From Okamejei kenojei (Eukaryota): a stretch of DNA of 64,000 nt. The stretch is taken from NCBI GenBank assembly GCA_035221665.1, contig CM069153.1, forward strand, positions 30,504,001 through 30,568,000, written 5' to 3'. Under the pieces are notes generated by a model, which saw only the letters and a program-made list of their open reading frames with translations, had not been told where the DNA came from and did no database searches. Numbering within the stretch: the stretch's first letter is position 1; each line of letters starts with the position of its first letter. This document shows positions 26,096 through 37,255 of the stretch, one piece after another. The translations under genes were made by a program, and so were the position numbers.

Positions 26096-26739
26096 TGAAA
26101 CTCAACACTGTCAGTTACACTGCCTTCCAAAGGCAATCAACAAGTTTTCACGTAAAGGACTTATATTTGGTGATCAGTCACTATTGTCTGAGAGTAATGA
26201 GCTCGGTGTCAAGCCCAGGCACTGCAGCACTCAATCAGTGGCTAAGGCATGGCTCTGAACTACCTGCAAGTCAGTGGAAGGTTGGTCGGACTCAGAGGTC
26301 AGAGAAGGACTGGAAGGACAATTACTTAATTGGCTGGGTAAGCTGTTGGAAGAAGCACACCACTGCAACAGAACATTGACAAATTAGTGGGAGCTGGCAA
26401 TCAATGCAGCTGTTGTGAGTGTTATCATTTTGGACTGAACAAAGCAAGCAGTAATGGTGAGAAACTAAAAACTGCACATAAGCAGAGAGACTTCATTTGT
26501 TCCACTACAAGGATAACTAAACTGATATACAAGTACAGAAATAACTTAAAAGACTAATAAGACGCTGCCCTTAGCTCATGGGTTGGAAGTCATCTAATTA
26601 AGAGTTGTGCAGAGAGCTGGCAAGAACCATCAGAAGTACTGTTTTCACTACTGGGATTTGAACAGAGGGAAGGAGATACGAGTCCTTGAGAGATGGAGCA
26701 GAGAATTAGTCAAGTGTCAAGAGAATCTTGACAAATTCT

Positions 26740-27080
26740 CAAGTGTGTTTAATTGCCATATGTACCGAAAGGGAACAATGAAAATCTTGCAGCAGCATTA
26801 CAGGTTTGTAAACACAGTACTCAACAGATAATATATATATATATTTTTAATCACAATTATAAACACAATATTAATGCAAAATAAAAGCCCTAGTGCAACC
26901 AGGACAGTCCGTAATTTAATTGGTGTTTGTAGTGTTCGGGAAGAAGCTGTTCCTGAATCTGGAGGTCACTGTTTTCAGACTACTCTCCCTTCTTCCTCAG
27001 AGCTTGAGTGAAATGCATACATGGCCAGGGTGGTGTGGGCCTTGATGATGCTGGCTCCCTTATTAAGGTAGCACCTCCTA
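26740..27080 (-). mobile_element. Rex1-type LINE 3' end
   Basis: Reverse complement gives a GSIIK..HHPGH..F..RLKT..SRF.NSF-type C-terminus and tail. Confidence 0.7.
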
Positions 27081-28087
27081 CAGATCCCTTTGACGCTTCC
27101 ACTGTTGGTCGGTTGTCATGTGTGGGGCACCTTTCGATGTTTCCACAGCATTGCTGCGTTATAAACGTGTCAAAAATGCACACTGCTTACTGTGAGCTCA
27201 TTTGCTAACCTGCGTACCAGATGGCAAGCACAAGTTCAAACACAGCACGAAGAGGTACACGCTCTTTTGGTCTTACAAGTATAATACTCGCACTATGATC
27301 TTCACGTGGCAAAAAATCTGCTCAAAATATGTCCCTTAAATACACTGCTTCTCTATCTCCCTCGCTTTTGATTTAGTTTATTTTATATTCCCCTCAAAAT
27401 CGGTTTCTTTTTCTCATTATTTATGTGATTGTAAAAACTTTTTTTTTCCTTCTTTTAATTTCCCTTGGTAGATTTATGGTTCTTTCTGAGGTTTTTGTTG
27501 TTTTCTTTTGACTGCCCTGGGGAGGTATTTCCCCACTGTTGAGCTTCCAAAGATCAACATCTAGGACGCACTGAATCACAGCCAATGTCTGGAAGCACCT
27601 GCCAAAACCTCATGGACCACCATCCCACGGAGACCACCTCACCACACCGCATCCCCTCAACCGCCTCACACTAAATAACCTCATCTTAAAACAGCTCCAC
27701 ATGTTTCTCCCATGGTTTAAGTTGTAAAAAAAGAAATCTCTCGTCCTATTCATGTCTTGTTTTCTTGAATCTCTGTGGCTGTATCGCCCACTGAATAGTT
27801 CCACAGAGTCATGGTCACAGACCAAGGTACATTTTTTAGACACACATAGAATTCATCTACTACGGCCTTGATGCTTTCTTTAGTTGATATTAAAGCAAGT
27901 CTATGTATTCCTTCAAGAAACAGTGAAGAGGTGCATTGCTTCTCAAAATACATACCTCATTCACCCACACACCAGTATTCGTCCAGAATCACTCAATGGG
28001 CAGGTAGAGTTTGCAATGAATCAGACACCACTGAGAATTAACAATAATAGCAAGGCCATGTTTGTTACTCATCCATTAGTGCCTCTG

Positions 28088-28516
28088 GGCAGTGGGCAGG
28101 TGCTATAGACCTGCACGGAAAGGTAGACGCTCCCGCCCCCAGGAGTCTCGGGCAGATGGGGCTCGTCAGCCTGGGAAGGCAGTCCATCTAGGAGAGGGAA
28201 AACTGATTTAAAACCTCCACTGCCTTGTGGCCATATCCAGTCATAAGAAAGGCTCCAGGAGTAAACCTCCAGAAAATCCAGTCGGAGCCCCCAAGGCAGT
28301 TTGTCGTTGTCTACAACCTCGCTCTGGCAGCTCCTGCGATGGCGCTGGTGCCAAACTGAAATGGCCCTGCTGTTCCTTTGGATCGATCAGCGACGTGGAG
28401 AGGGGGGACTTGCTGCATGGGCAACAGCCTGTCCTCCATATGACATCACCCAGGCTTGCATCCGACAAACTAGGATGCATCACCCATGGTCAGTCATGAC
28501 CGACAGGGGGGCATAC
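28088..28516 (+). mobile_element. Short non-autonomous RTE-type (bipartite) retroposon
   Basis: Perfect 11-bp TSD TAGTGCCTCTG (28077-28087, 28517-28527). RTE/BovB-like 5' UTR motif GGCAGTCCATCTAGGAGAGGGAAAACT..AAACCTCCACTGCCTTG. Confidence 0.75.
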
Positions 28517-29650
28517 TAGTGCCTCTGTACTGCAGTTGTCTCCAGAAGTTACTCCCACCAGCACAACATAGGGATTTCGAGGGTTGGACACAGAGATAAG
28601 AACTAATGTGATCTCCTTCTTTTGGGAGGTTGTACAACTTAAGGGCCTGTCCCACTTGGGCATCATTTGCGCGTAATTTACGCAACAGGCCGATATGACG
28701 TGACCATTGCGCGAAAATCGTCTAGCAGTACGACAGTCACGTGCCAAGTGCTCTTGAGGGCCCTGCTTCTTTTGGGAACCATTTGTGATGTAGTTCGTAC
28801 TTAGTCCGATCTCCGTGGCAAGGATTTTCCCAGTGAAAAAATGTCAAAACTACGCGTGCTTTATAGCCGAGTGGTCACGTGGTGCGGCGCTCAAATGACG
28901 CGCAAATGGCGCCCGACGGCATATGGCTACAGACGTTGACGCACGGTGACGCATAATAAATTAGCATATGCAATACTCGTGCGTAACCATGTGTCACCAT
29001 GCGCTACACGTACGCCGTCAGTACGTCAGAGTGCGCAAGGGATACGTCACGCAGGTGGCGCGCGAGGATTTTGAGCATTCCAAATCCTGGGGCGCCGTGT
29101 GCATTACCTCGCCTCACTGCATACAAGGCACGTGCCGTCAGGGTAGGCAAGGTAGGCACTGTCTACCCTGACTAAAATTATGAAATGGCAATTCTTAAAT
29201 ATAAATAGTAAAGGCATGGGAGAATTATGCTTATGTAAGAGATCGATCTCCTAGGTAGGCATAATTCTCCGTGCCTTTCACCTGCAGCGCTTGTAACACG
29301 CAAAGGTCTGTGCAGGAACTGCCTGAGCCGTCAGTTTCAAGGGGAGCTGAAGGCAGCAGAAATTCTGCCTTTGCATAACTGCGCAGGCGCAGCAGTATAC
29401 TGCGCATGCCCAGCGCGAGTTTCTTGGCGGGATTTTCAAATATGGATTGCCATTATTTAAATAGTATCTCAGGAAACACAGAGTGAAGAATGGACTTAAT
29501 GTACCAATAACGTGGTAAGTGCATTTCTTGGTGCTTTATGTTTTTAAATGCTGTATTTCCCGGGGTGAGGGGAGAGCTCCGTTCAGTGTTTGGGGAGTCT
29601 GGCATTGTGAAGGAGGGGATCGGGGTCAGTAACCCACTTGCCACGCTCCA

Positions 29651-29850
29651 GGTCTGAGTGCAGGTAGATGGGACTTGGTGAGAGTAAGTGTTCGGCACGG
29701 AGTAAAAGGGCCGAGATAGCCTATTTCCGTGCTGTAATTGTTAGGGTACACAAAAGGCTGGAGAACTCAGCGAGTGCAGCAGCATCTAAGGAGCGAAGGA
29801 GATAGGCGACGTTTCGGGTCGAGACCCTTCTTCAGACTTCTATATGGTTT
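29651..29850 (+). mobile_element. CR1 3' tail nested in the hAT element
   Basis: Matches 50691-50799. The TATATGGTT tail is split by the hammerhead unit. Confidence 0.8.
29745..29838 (-). mobile_element. Young ~95-nt hammerhead-bearing Penelope mini-unit
   Basis: Nearly identical to 20430-20523. Confidence 0.9.
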
Positions 29851-29879
29851 TATTGTGGCCGGGGAGTGAATTAGCTCGG

Positions 29880-30370
29880 GTGGCTGCTGCAGCGCTCCGG
29901 GCACGGACAGCAGAACTGGCCGCCACTTCCGAGGAAGGAAGCAGCTCGGGTGACTGACTTTGAGCGGCCGCCGGGACCCTGCCACTTCGTGCCAATTCAG
30001 CCCCTTCTGCTAGTCCCCGTCACCTCTGGCTGTGCTCTCCGTCTGAACATCTCTCACCTGCCGCTCGCCGGCCGGCTTCTCGCAAATCTTTAAATTCCGA
30101 CAGCGCGCTCACGGGACCAGTTAAGGTTACTCGGCTGTGGGAATGTAAGGATTTGCGGGACGCGGTTGGCATGAGCGAAGCCGGCAAGCGGCAGGTGAGA
30201 GATGTTCAGACGAAGAGCAAAGCCAGAGGTGAGCGGGCCGGCAGAAGGCGCTTGAAATGGCAGCCGGTTCTGTTGTCGGGTCCCGGCGGCCGCTCGCATC
30301 CAAGCTGCTTCTATCCCCGGAAGTGGCGGCCAGCTCTGCTGTCCATGCCTGGAGCGCTGCGGCAGCGGTG
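29880..30370. repeat. GC-rich ~490-bp imperfect palindrome
   Basis: Arms pair, e.g. GTCTGAACATCTCTCACCTGCCGCT / AGCGGCAGGTGAGAGATGTTCAGAC. Confidence 0.9.
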
Positions 30371-32429
30371 AGTGAGTCTGACATGATCTCTGACCCCCCT
30401 CCTTTTCAACACTCCTGCCCTCCCCGCATCTTTAACCCCTGGCACAGACTCTCCACACGCTGTGAAAGGAACTCTCCCTCCAATTGGACCCTTGAATTAG
30501 TATTGTCATTCAATAAGATGACAACTGATTCAACTTCCCGGTGTGCTCCCGTTTTTCCTACCATCTCTCCACCTGCCTTCATCCTCCATTCCCCACCCAT
30601 TCAGTGATTAGAAAATGAAGGATATCGAGAAGCCTTGGCAAAATTGAATTGTTACTTTTTAAAATTTTTTACGAAGAGAACCATCTGCGCATGCGCGGTT
30701 TAAGATTTTTTTTTTAAAGCCGGCTGTCCGCCTACCCTGAGTAATTACTCACGGCACGTGCCTGCTGCTTACGCCATGCGCGCGTCACGACGCGCCAACC
30801 AATTTTTAGGATGTTGCGTAAATGACGTGCAAATGACGCCCAAGTGGGACAGGCCCTTAAGAAAGAAACCAACCCCGTACATCTATATCCTTGTCCCCTT
30901 CAGCTGTGGAGGGACATGGTAGGCAACCAATGAACTTGAACAGACAGCTCGAAGTGGGCTTTGTGGCCCATTTAAAGATTTACAGGTAGGTATTAGGTTT
31001 CATAAATGTGACCTGAAGATATTGTGACGTTGTTTTCAGGAAACACGCTTAAATCTCTGCTCAGCTTTTGGATTGATTAATTAATTCTGGAATAATATCT
31101 GATTATAGGTAATGGTGATCACAAAACTATTATTATTGTAGAAAGCAGCTGGTTTTCATAGGAGAGCTGACATCCTTACTGATCCAATCAATATGTGAAA
31201 ACAAACGCACCACAGTGGCTGACTATTACCTATCTCATCAGTTAGAAATGGGCAATGAATTATCTCCCTTTCAGTAACTTTAGATGTGCTCAAATATTTT
31301 TTTAAAAAAGGAATGCTTGGGAAAATGTTTGAGTTCTGTTTGTACAGTCTACAGTAAAATTGATAATTCCAATCGTCACCAACCACCTCCCCCACGCGAC
31401 AAGATATAATTTGATTCATTTTGTTTTAACACTGTCACATGTTTTTTTCTCCTTATGGCTATCTTTCATGCTGATTATCCACATTCCAAATAAAGACAAT
31501 TCCGTGAGGTACATGAGCTGAGCCTGATGATCCAGTGTGGACATCTCCAAATGCACAACCGAGATGAACAAACACCGTGGTTTGGATGTTTATCCGAAGT
31601 AGTTAAATCAGTCTTGAAATAACAGGCAATTATTTCACAGGCATCTTTATCCAAGTGCAGACTTAGTAATCCTCTTAACGGAATCCCTTTTATAACTCAA
31701 ACATGCCGGGCATTGTGTACTAGACCAGGTGACCTGTAAATTCTCAGTACCATCGGTTGCTGCTCATCATCTCAAGCTGACATGGTATCAATTGCTTCCT
31801 TTTCTAAACTGAACTAAACAAAATTCTAAACCATGATCTAAATTCAGAAACTGATGACTAAATTAAAGTGCTAAATAGTATGCATGCAATCAAAGTAAAA
31901 AATCTGGTTGAGCATAGGAACAACACAACTGTCTGAAAATATATAATATATATAGGAAATGATTGTCTGAGCTGAAACAGTGTATTTGAACTGTAAGTAA
32001 TTCATAAATGAGTAGGAGAATTGAAAAACGTTCATCATCAGGGAACAGTTACTGTGAACACAATCATCCACTCTAGCTTTCTCAGAAAGGATTATTTTCC
32101 AATTCCAAATGACAAAAAAAGTTTTGCGCATGAACGAAGCCAATATTAATGATATGAAGTGGATGCAGCTTCACAATAGGCACTGGTGTCAGTTCCCAGC
32201 TTGTTCACTGTGAATTGTCATAAAGTCACCCGTCCGTACAGACATGCAGCGTGGCAGAGTGCACAGCGCATCACGGTGCTTCCATGACTTCAAAATCACT
32301 TATCTCATTGTAGAATGCAAGAATCCTTGGTCTAGTGGAACATCTACATTGAACTTGTACATAATAAAGACAGATTCAATTGATTTTGCTCATTTTTCAT
32401 AGTACAATCGTGAAACTCTCCCAAAATAG

Positions 32430-32806
32430 TTAAAACAGCGAGAGACTGGAATAGCGCATGAGAGGAATAGATCGGGTAAACACAGAGAATCTATTGCTCA
32501 GAGTAGGGGAATCAAGAACCAGAGGACACAGGTTTAAGATGAGGGGAAAGATTTAATAGGAACCCAAGGGGTAACTTTTTCCACATAAAGGGTGATGGGT
32601 GCATGGAACAAGCTGCCAGAGGAGGTAATTGAGGCAGGTATGAGCATAATGTTTAAAAAGTATTTATATAGGTACTTGGGTAGGATAGGTTTACAGGATA
32701 GGATATGGCCTAAATGCAGGCAGGTGGGACTAGTGTCGATAGGACATGTTGGCCAATGTGGGCAAGTTGGGCCAAAGGACCTGTTTCCACGCTGTATGAT
32801 TCTATA
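32430..32806 (+). mobile_element. CR1 3' portion
   Basis: WNKLPEEVIEAG peptide plus tail. Confidence 0.85.
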
Positions 32807-33449
32807 GACAAACACAAGGACAAAAGGCAGTTAAAGCCTTTCAGAGTTTAATCCTGCTTTCACCAGCAATTGTAAATCGTACCTTGGAGTTTTGGATCTG
32901 TGTCATTCTGCTCCACACGGAATGTACTTGCAGATTAATGACAAGATTCTTTGAGAATTAATCTGAATTTATATGGCACCTTATCCTCAGAACTTCCCAA
33001 AATAGGTATCAGCCAATAGATTTATTCAAGAAAAGCAGCCATTCCATGTACAAACAGGCAGAGAACAATGATCACAAACAAGTTTCAAGTATCTTCACCA
33101 AGGTTTACCCCAATGGTCATTTTCATAAGTGCTGGTTTGTGCCTACTTCCAGACCATTGCCTTTTCAAGCCATTATAAATCATTCTACAATTCATCAAAT
33201 CTCCCCAGTGAGAATGTCGCTCCCTATTGTGAAAGGTCAGAGGACCTCAGAGGTCAGAGATCCCCTAACAATTTGCTGAAGGCCAAGGCGTATAGTTTCA
33301 TAAACGCTATGATATGCCACCTGTGGCCCAAGCATTGCAAGTCCCACTCCACTTAGAGATAAACTAAGAATAGAAATAAACTGACCAAGCACACTCGTAA
33401 GAAGGGGCACTTCAAGGACTTCCCCAATTGCAACTTTATTCTTGAAGTG

Positions 33450-33630
33450 GTTTAGATTTATTCTCACATGTACTGAGATACAGTAAAAAGATTTGCTTTG
33501 CATGCTATCCAGATTAGATAATACTAACTATGAATACAATCAAATAAATCACACATAATAGATAGAGTGATGGTGAAGACAGTGCAGAACATAGTTCTCA
33601 GCATTGTATCACATCAGTTCCGGAGACAAG
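33450..33630 (-). mobile_element. Rex1-type 3' tail
   Basis: TTTATTCTCACATGTACTGAGATACAGT is the reverse complement of the tail. Confidence 0.55.
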
Positions 33631-35294
33631 TTGCTAAATAGCCACTTAATATTTATAGAAATAATTTAACCATAGACAAGTGAGTGCCTTTTCTGCAGAT
33701 AGCAATTCAGAGATTTAGCATACCAATGGTAAAATGTAAAGTTAGAGGATGAGGAATTCTACTTGCAAGATGTATAACTGGAGGCAAAGTAGAAATGCAG
33801 AGGAAGCAACTATTAGAAGGAAATGTGTGAGAGGTTTTAGAGACGTTCAATGAGAAGACAATGAGGATTTCAAATAAAAAAGTTACCCAAAGAATAAAAT
33901 GAAGGGAGTCCCAAATCTATGATCTCCTCCACTTCAGGGAACAGAAAATACAACATTCAGAATACCTAAGAAGCCAGAAGGTCTCTATGACCAAATCACA
34001 ACTATGACCTTAATTACTGCCAATTTTCCAATATGCTTACAGCTACCATATAATTATATTGGTCGATGTAATTCATTTCCACACAGCGTTGAAGAAGCAC
34101 GGAGCCCCATGGTATGTCAGGATATCTGGCTGGTAACACAAACCCCATTCCATTCACTCACAGATAGCGCAGCTGGACCAAGGGTGGAAGTTGATGGAAT
34201 ATGATACTCTCCTTGAGGCCAGCCAAACAGTGGCAGACTGACAAAGATGCAGTGAATGTACATACAATCAAACAGTTCAACTTCGCCAAAAAAACTCTCT
34301 AATTGTGGCCTTTTTAATGCTCATATGTGAAAATCTCATGGGCAACTTTGTTATGAATGCACTCTTTTGTGAATATAGTGAAAAGGGTATCATTACATCA
34401 GAATAAAAATAAGCTTAAATCTACTTGAACTATGTAGTTAACGGACTATTTTTTCAGCTGACAATAGTTCATTGTACAGAGCATCGTAAATACAAATCTT
34501 TGTACTTGGTTTCACTTCCTTCCTACGTCCTTGAACACAATGCTCTCTCCAACATCCATGACTTTTTTCCCCGAAAACTTGAATCTTTCCAATCTGGAGT
34601 GATCCTCTCACAGCATGAGGTGGTCTTGCACAAAACCATGAATTATTTCCTGTGACTTGACCACGGTGTACTTTCCCTTTTTAACTACGACAATCTCTTC
34701 CAAAATTTGTTCTCCACTGCCGGGCAGATTGCCGACATGCTTCTGCGGCCTTATGTAGCCAGTCAATGGCATTAGTCACCATCATTGGGTTGTGTTGCTG
34801 AAATGTAAACTCATCACAATCATCTCTACTCTTGCAAAACCACCCGTGGGTTAATGGTCAGGGAAAATACCACCCGAAGGTTGGCGACTTGCTCCTACCT
34901 TAAGGGACAATGTTACACGGCTATTTACTGTAACACTGTCGTATCATGCTTGTGCTTCTGCTGAAGACCGACCAAATAATTTTATTCACTTAACCCTCTG
35001 CACCTCACTGAGTAACTGGACAACGAAGCCAAGGTTCACAGAATACATCAACCAGATCTCACCCTAACATTGCCCGTTTCACACACTGCTGCTCTGACAG
35101 AATTTATTTTCTTCAATTTCAATTTCTTCCATCTCCATAAACAAGTGGAGATCATGACTTTTGGGTTCTCAGCACAAAATGCTCCAATTCTCCTCCAAAT
35201 ATATATTCCTTCCCAAACCTCATATTTATTTGCTTCTCTGCAAGGCAATTTCAGGGCGTTAGTCTGTATGAAAAGTGTTATGAATAAAGATAAT

Positions 35295-37255
35295 TGTTGG
35301 GAAGAAAATAACAGTATAGACAAAGGAGAGCCAGTCGGTGTTGTCTATCTGGAATTTCAGAAGGCCTTTGATAAGGTGCTGCACATGAGGCTGCTAAACA
35401 TGATGAGAACCCATTGTATCTAACAGCGGGAAGATACTAGCATGGATAGCAGGTTGGTTGAATGGCAAAGAGTGGGAATAAAGGGGGCTTTTTCTGGTTG
35501 GCTGCCAGTGACAAGTGATGTACCGTAGGGGTCGGTGTTGGGTCCACTTCTCATCATGGTGCATATCAATGATTCGGAATGTTAATCCTGGCTAAATTGG
35601 CGAGGCTGGGACTTCAAAATGGGGTAAAAGCTTCAAGGCTGCTGGGAGATTTGGTCAATTTGGAATTGCTCTCTGCAGAGCTGGGACAAGCTGCGAAGAG
35701 GTGCCTGTGTGTCTAGAGCTTAGGTACAATTTTCAAGCAAAGAATAAGAACATCTGCAAACCCTGTCAATCCGGTGCAAAATGCATAGAATGGATTGGAT
35801 GGCTGCAAACCAGACGTACGCCTTGTAAATAATGTTGCAGAGTTTGACTTTGCAAACTGTAGATTGGATGAGGTATTGAGCCTTGTCTGAGTTTCCTGTA
35901 GATCAGGGTAAATGTTTCTAAGTTGGCTTCCTTGAGAAGTCCTGTTTGAATACAATGTATTGAGCTGTTCTATTATTGGGCTATGGAAATGTCTGTTATG
36001 TATGGGGTTAAGCGATATCTGTAATTGGGTTATTAAGAGACCACCCCCATGTGGTTTGGCCCCTCGAGGTCCCGGGACACATAAAAGTCCGCTACCACGA
36101 GGTTCAGCATTGATCTTCTGGGAGAGAGCTTGGGATTGTGCGAACCTCTGGAATGCCTCTGTCTGAGCGAGGCCTAGAGGGCTTGAAAAGGCAGATACGA
36201 GGATTGAACCAACAGTGGGATAGGTACAGTAGTTGAACTGTAACACGATTTTATTAAAATAAAATTTAGTTGTTTCAAGTGCTTAATCAGTGTTTTTACT
36301 GAAACTAGACTGGGGAGAAGCTTAGAAACAAGCAATTTACAGGATGGTGGAATTGATGGCTTTGTGGCCAACTTTGTGAGTGATACAATGATAGGTGGAG
36401 GAATATGTAGTGTGGAGGAAGCAGGGCATCTGCAAAAGGGACAAGTTGAGGGAGTGGGCAAAGAAGTGGCAGATGGAATGCAGCATAGCCACGTGTATGG
36501 TCATGCACTTTGGAAGTAGGAATAAAGGCGTAGACTATTTTCCAATTTCGGAAAGAATTCAGAAATCAGAGATGCAAAGTGACTTGGGAGTGCTGGTGCA
36601 GGATTCCTATAAGGTCAATTTCAAGTTGAATCGGTAGTAAGGAAGGCAAATGCAATATTAGCATTTATTTTGAGAGGACTTGAATATAAAAGCAGGGATG
36701 TAATGCTGAGGTATTACAAGGCACTGGTCTCACTAAGATCACATTTGGAGTATTGTGAGCAATGTATATCTGAGGCAGGATGTGCTGGCCTTGGAGGGGG
36801 TACAGAAGAGGTTTACGAGAATGATCCCGGGATGATTGGGTTAATCTATGATGAATGTCTGACTGCACTGAGTCTGTACTTGATGGAGTTTAGAAGGATG
36901 AGGGGAACCTCATTGAAACTTACAGAATAGTGAAAAGCATAGATACAGTGGATGTGGAGAGGATGTTGCCACAAGTGGGAGAGTCTAGGATCTGAGGGCA
37001 TAGTCTCAGAATAAAAGGATGTACCTTGGAGAAAGGGGATGAGGATTAATTTATTTAGTCAGAGGGTGGTGAATCTGTGGAATTCATTGTCACAGATGGC
37101 TGTGGAGGCGTCATCGGGTATTTTTAAAGCAGAGATTGACATGTTCTTGAGAAGACAAGAGAATGGGGTTAAGAGGGAAAGATGGATCAGCTATGATTGA
37201 ATGGCAGCGTAGATCTGATAGGCCAAATGACCTAATTCTGCTCTTATGACTCATT
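35295..37255 (+). mobile_element. CR1 LINE (degenerate RT to 3' end) interrupted by a solo LTR
   Basis: VVYLEFQKAFDKV peptide, GSVLGP and INDL-like motifs, C-terminal region and tail. Confidence 0.9.
35580..36341 (+). mobile_element. Solo LTR (762 bp)
   Basis: TGTTAA...TTTACA termini, 4-bp flanks GGAA/GGAT, TATA-like CATAAAA near 36080, ATTAAA/AATAAA near 36255. Splits a continuous CR1 RT. Confidence 0.75.

Larger units (their letters stand above)
29125..30764. mobile_element. hAT-like non-autonomous DNA transposon nested in the MITE
   Basis: TIR (C/A)AGGCACGTGCCGT, 8-bp TSD CTGCATAC / CTGCTTAC, subterminal AGGGTAGGC repeats. Confidence 0.8.
28642..30857. mobile_element. PIF/Harbinger-like non-autonomous DNA transposon hosting nested inserts
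   Basis: 46-bp TIR AGGGCCTGTCCCACTTGGGC.. with 3 mismatches. Flanks are TTA/TAA, alternatively read as TTAA/TTAA. Confidence 0.85.

Noticed and set aside
28642-28655. Similarity of the MITE TIR (AGGGCCTGT) to the CR1/SINE tail (AAGGGCCTGTTTCC)
   Set aside because: Only about 9-10 bp match; the TIR and TSD structure shows an independent DNA transposon.
31162-31277. Plus-strand AG-started frame ELTSLLIQSICENKRTTVADYYLSHQLEMGNELSPFQ*
   Set aside because: Isolated, with no supporting plus-strand exons or recognisable homology.
35713-36246. 177-aa minus-strand ORF
   Set aside because: Lies wholly inside the solo LTR, has a non-ATG start and no recognisable motif.
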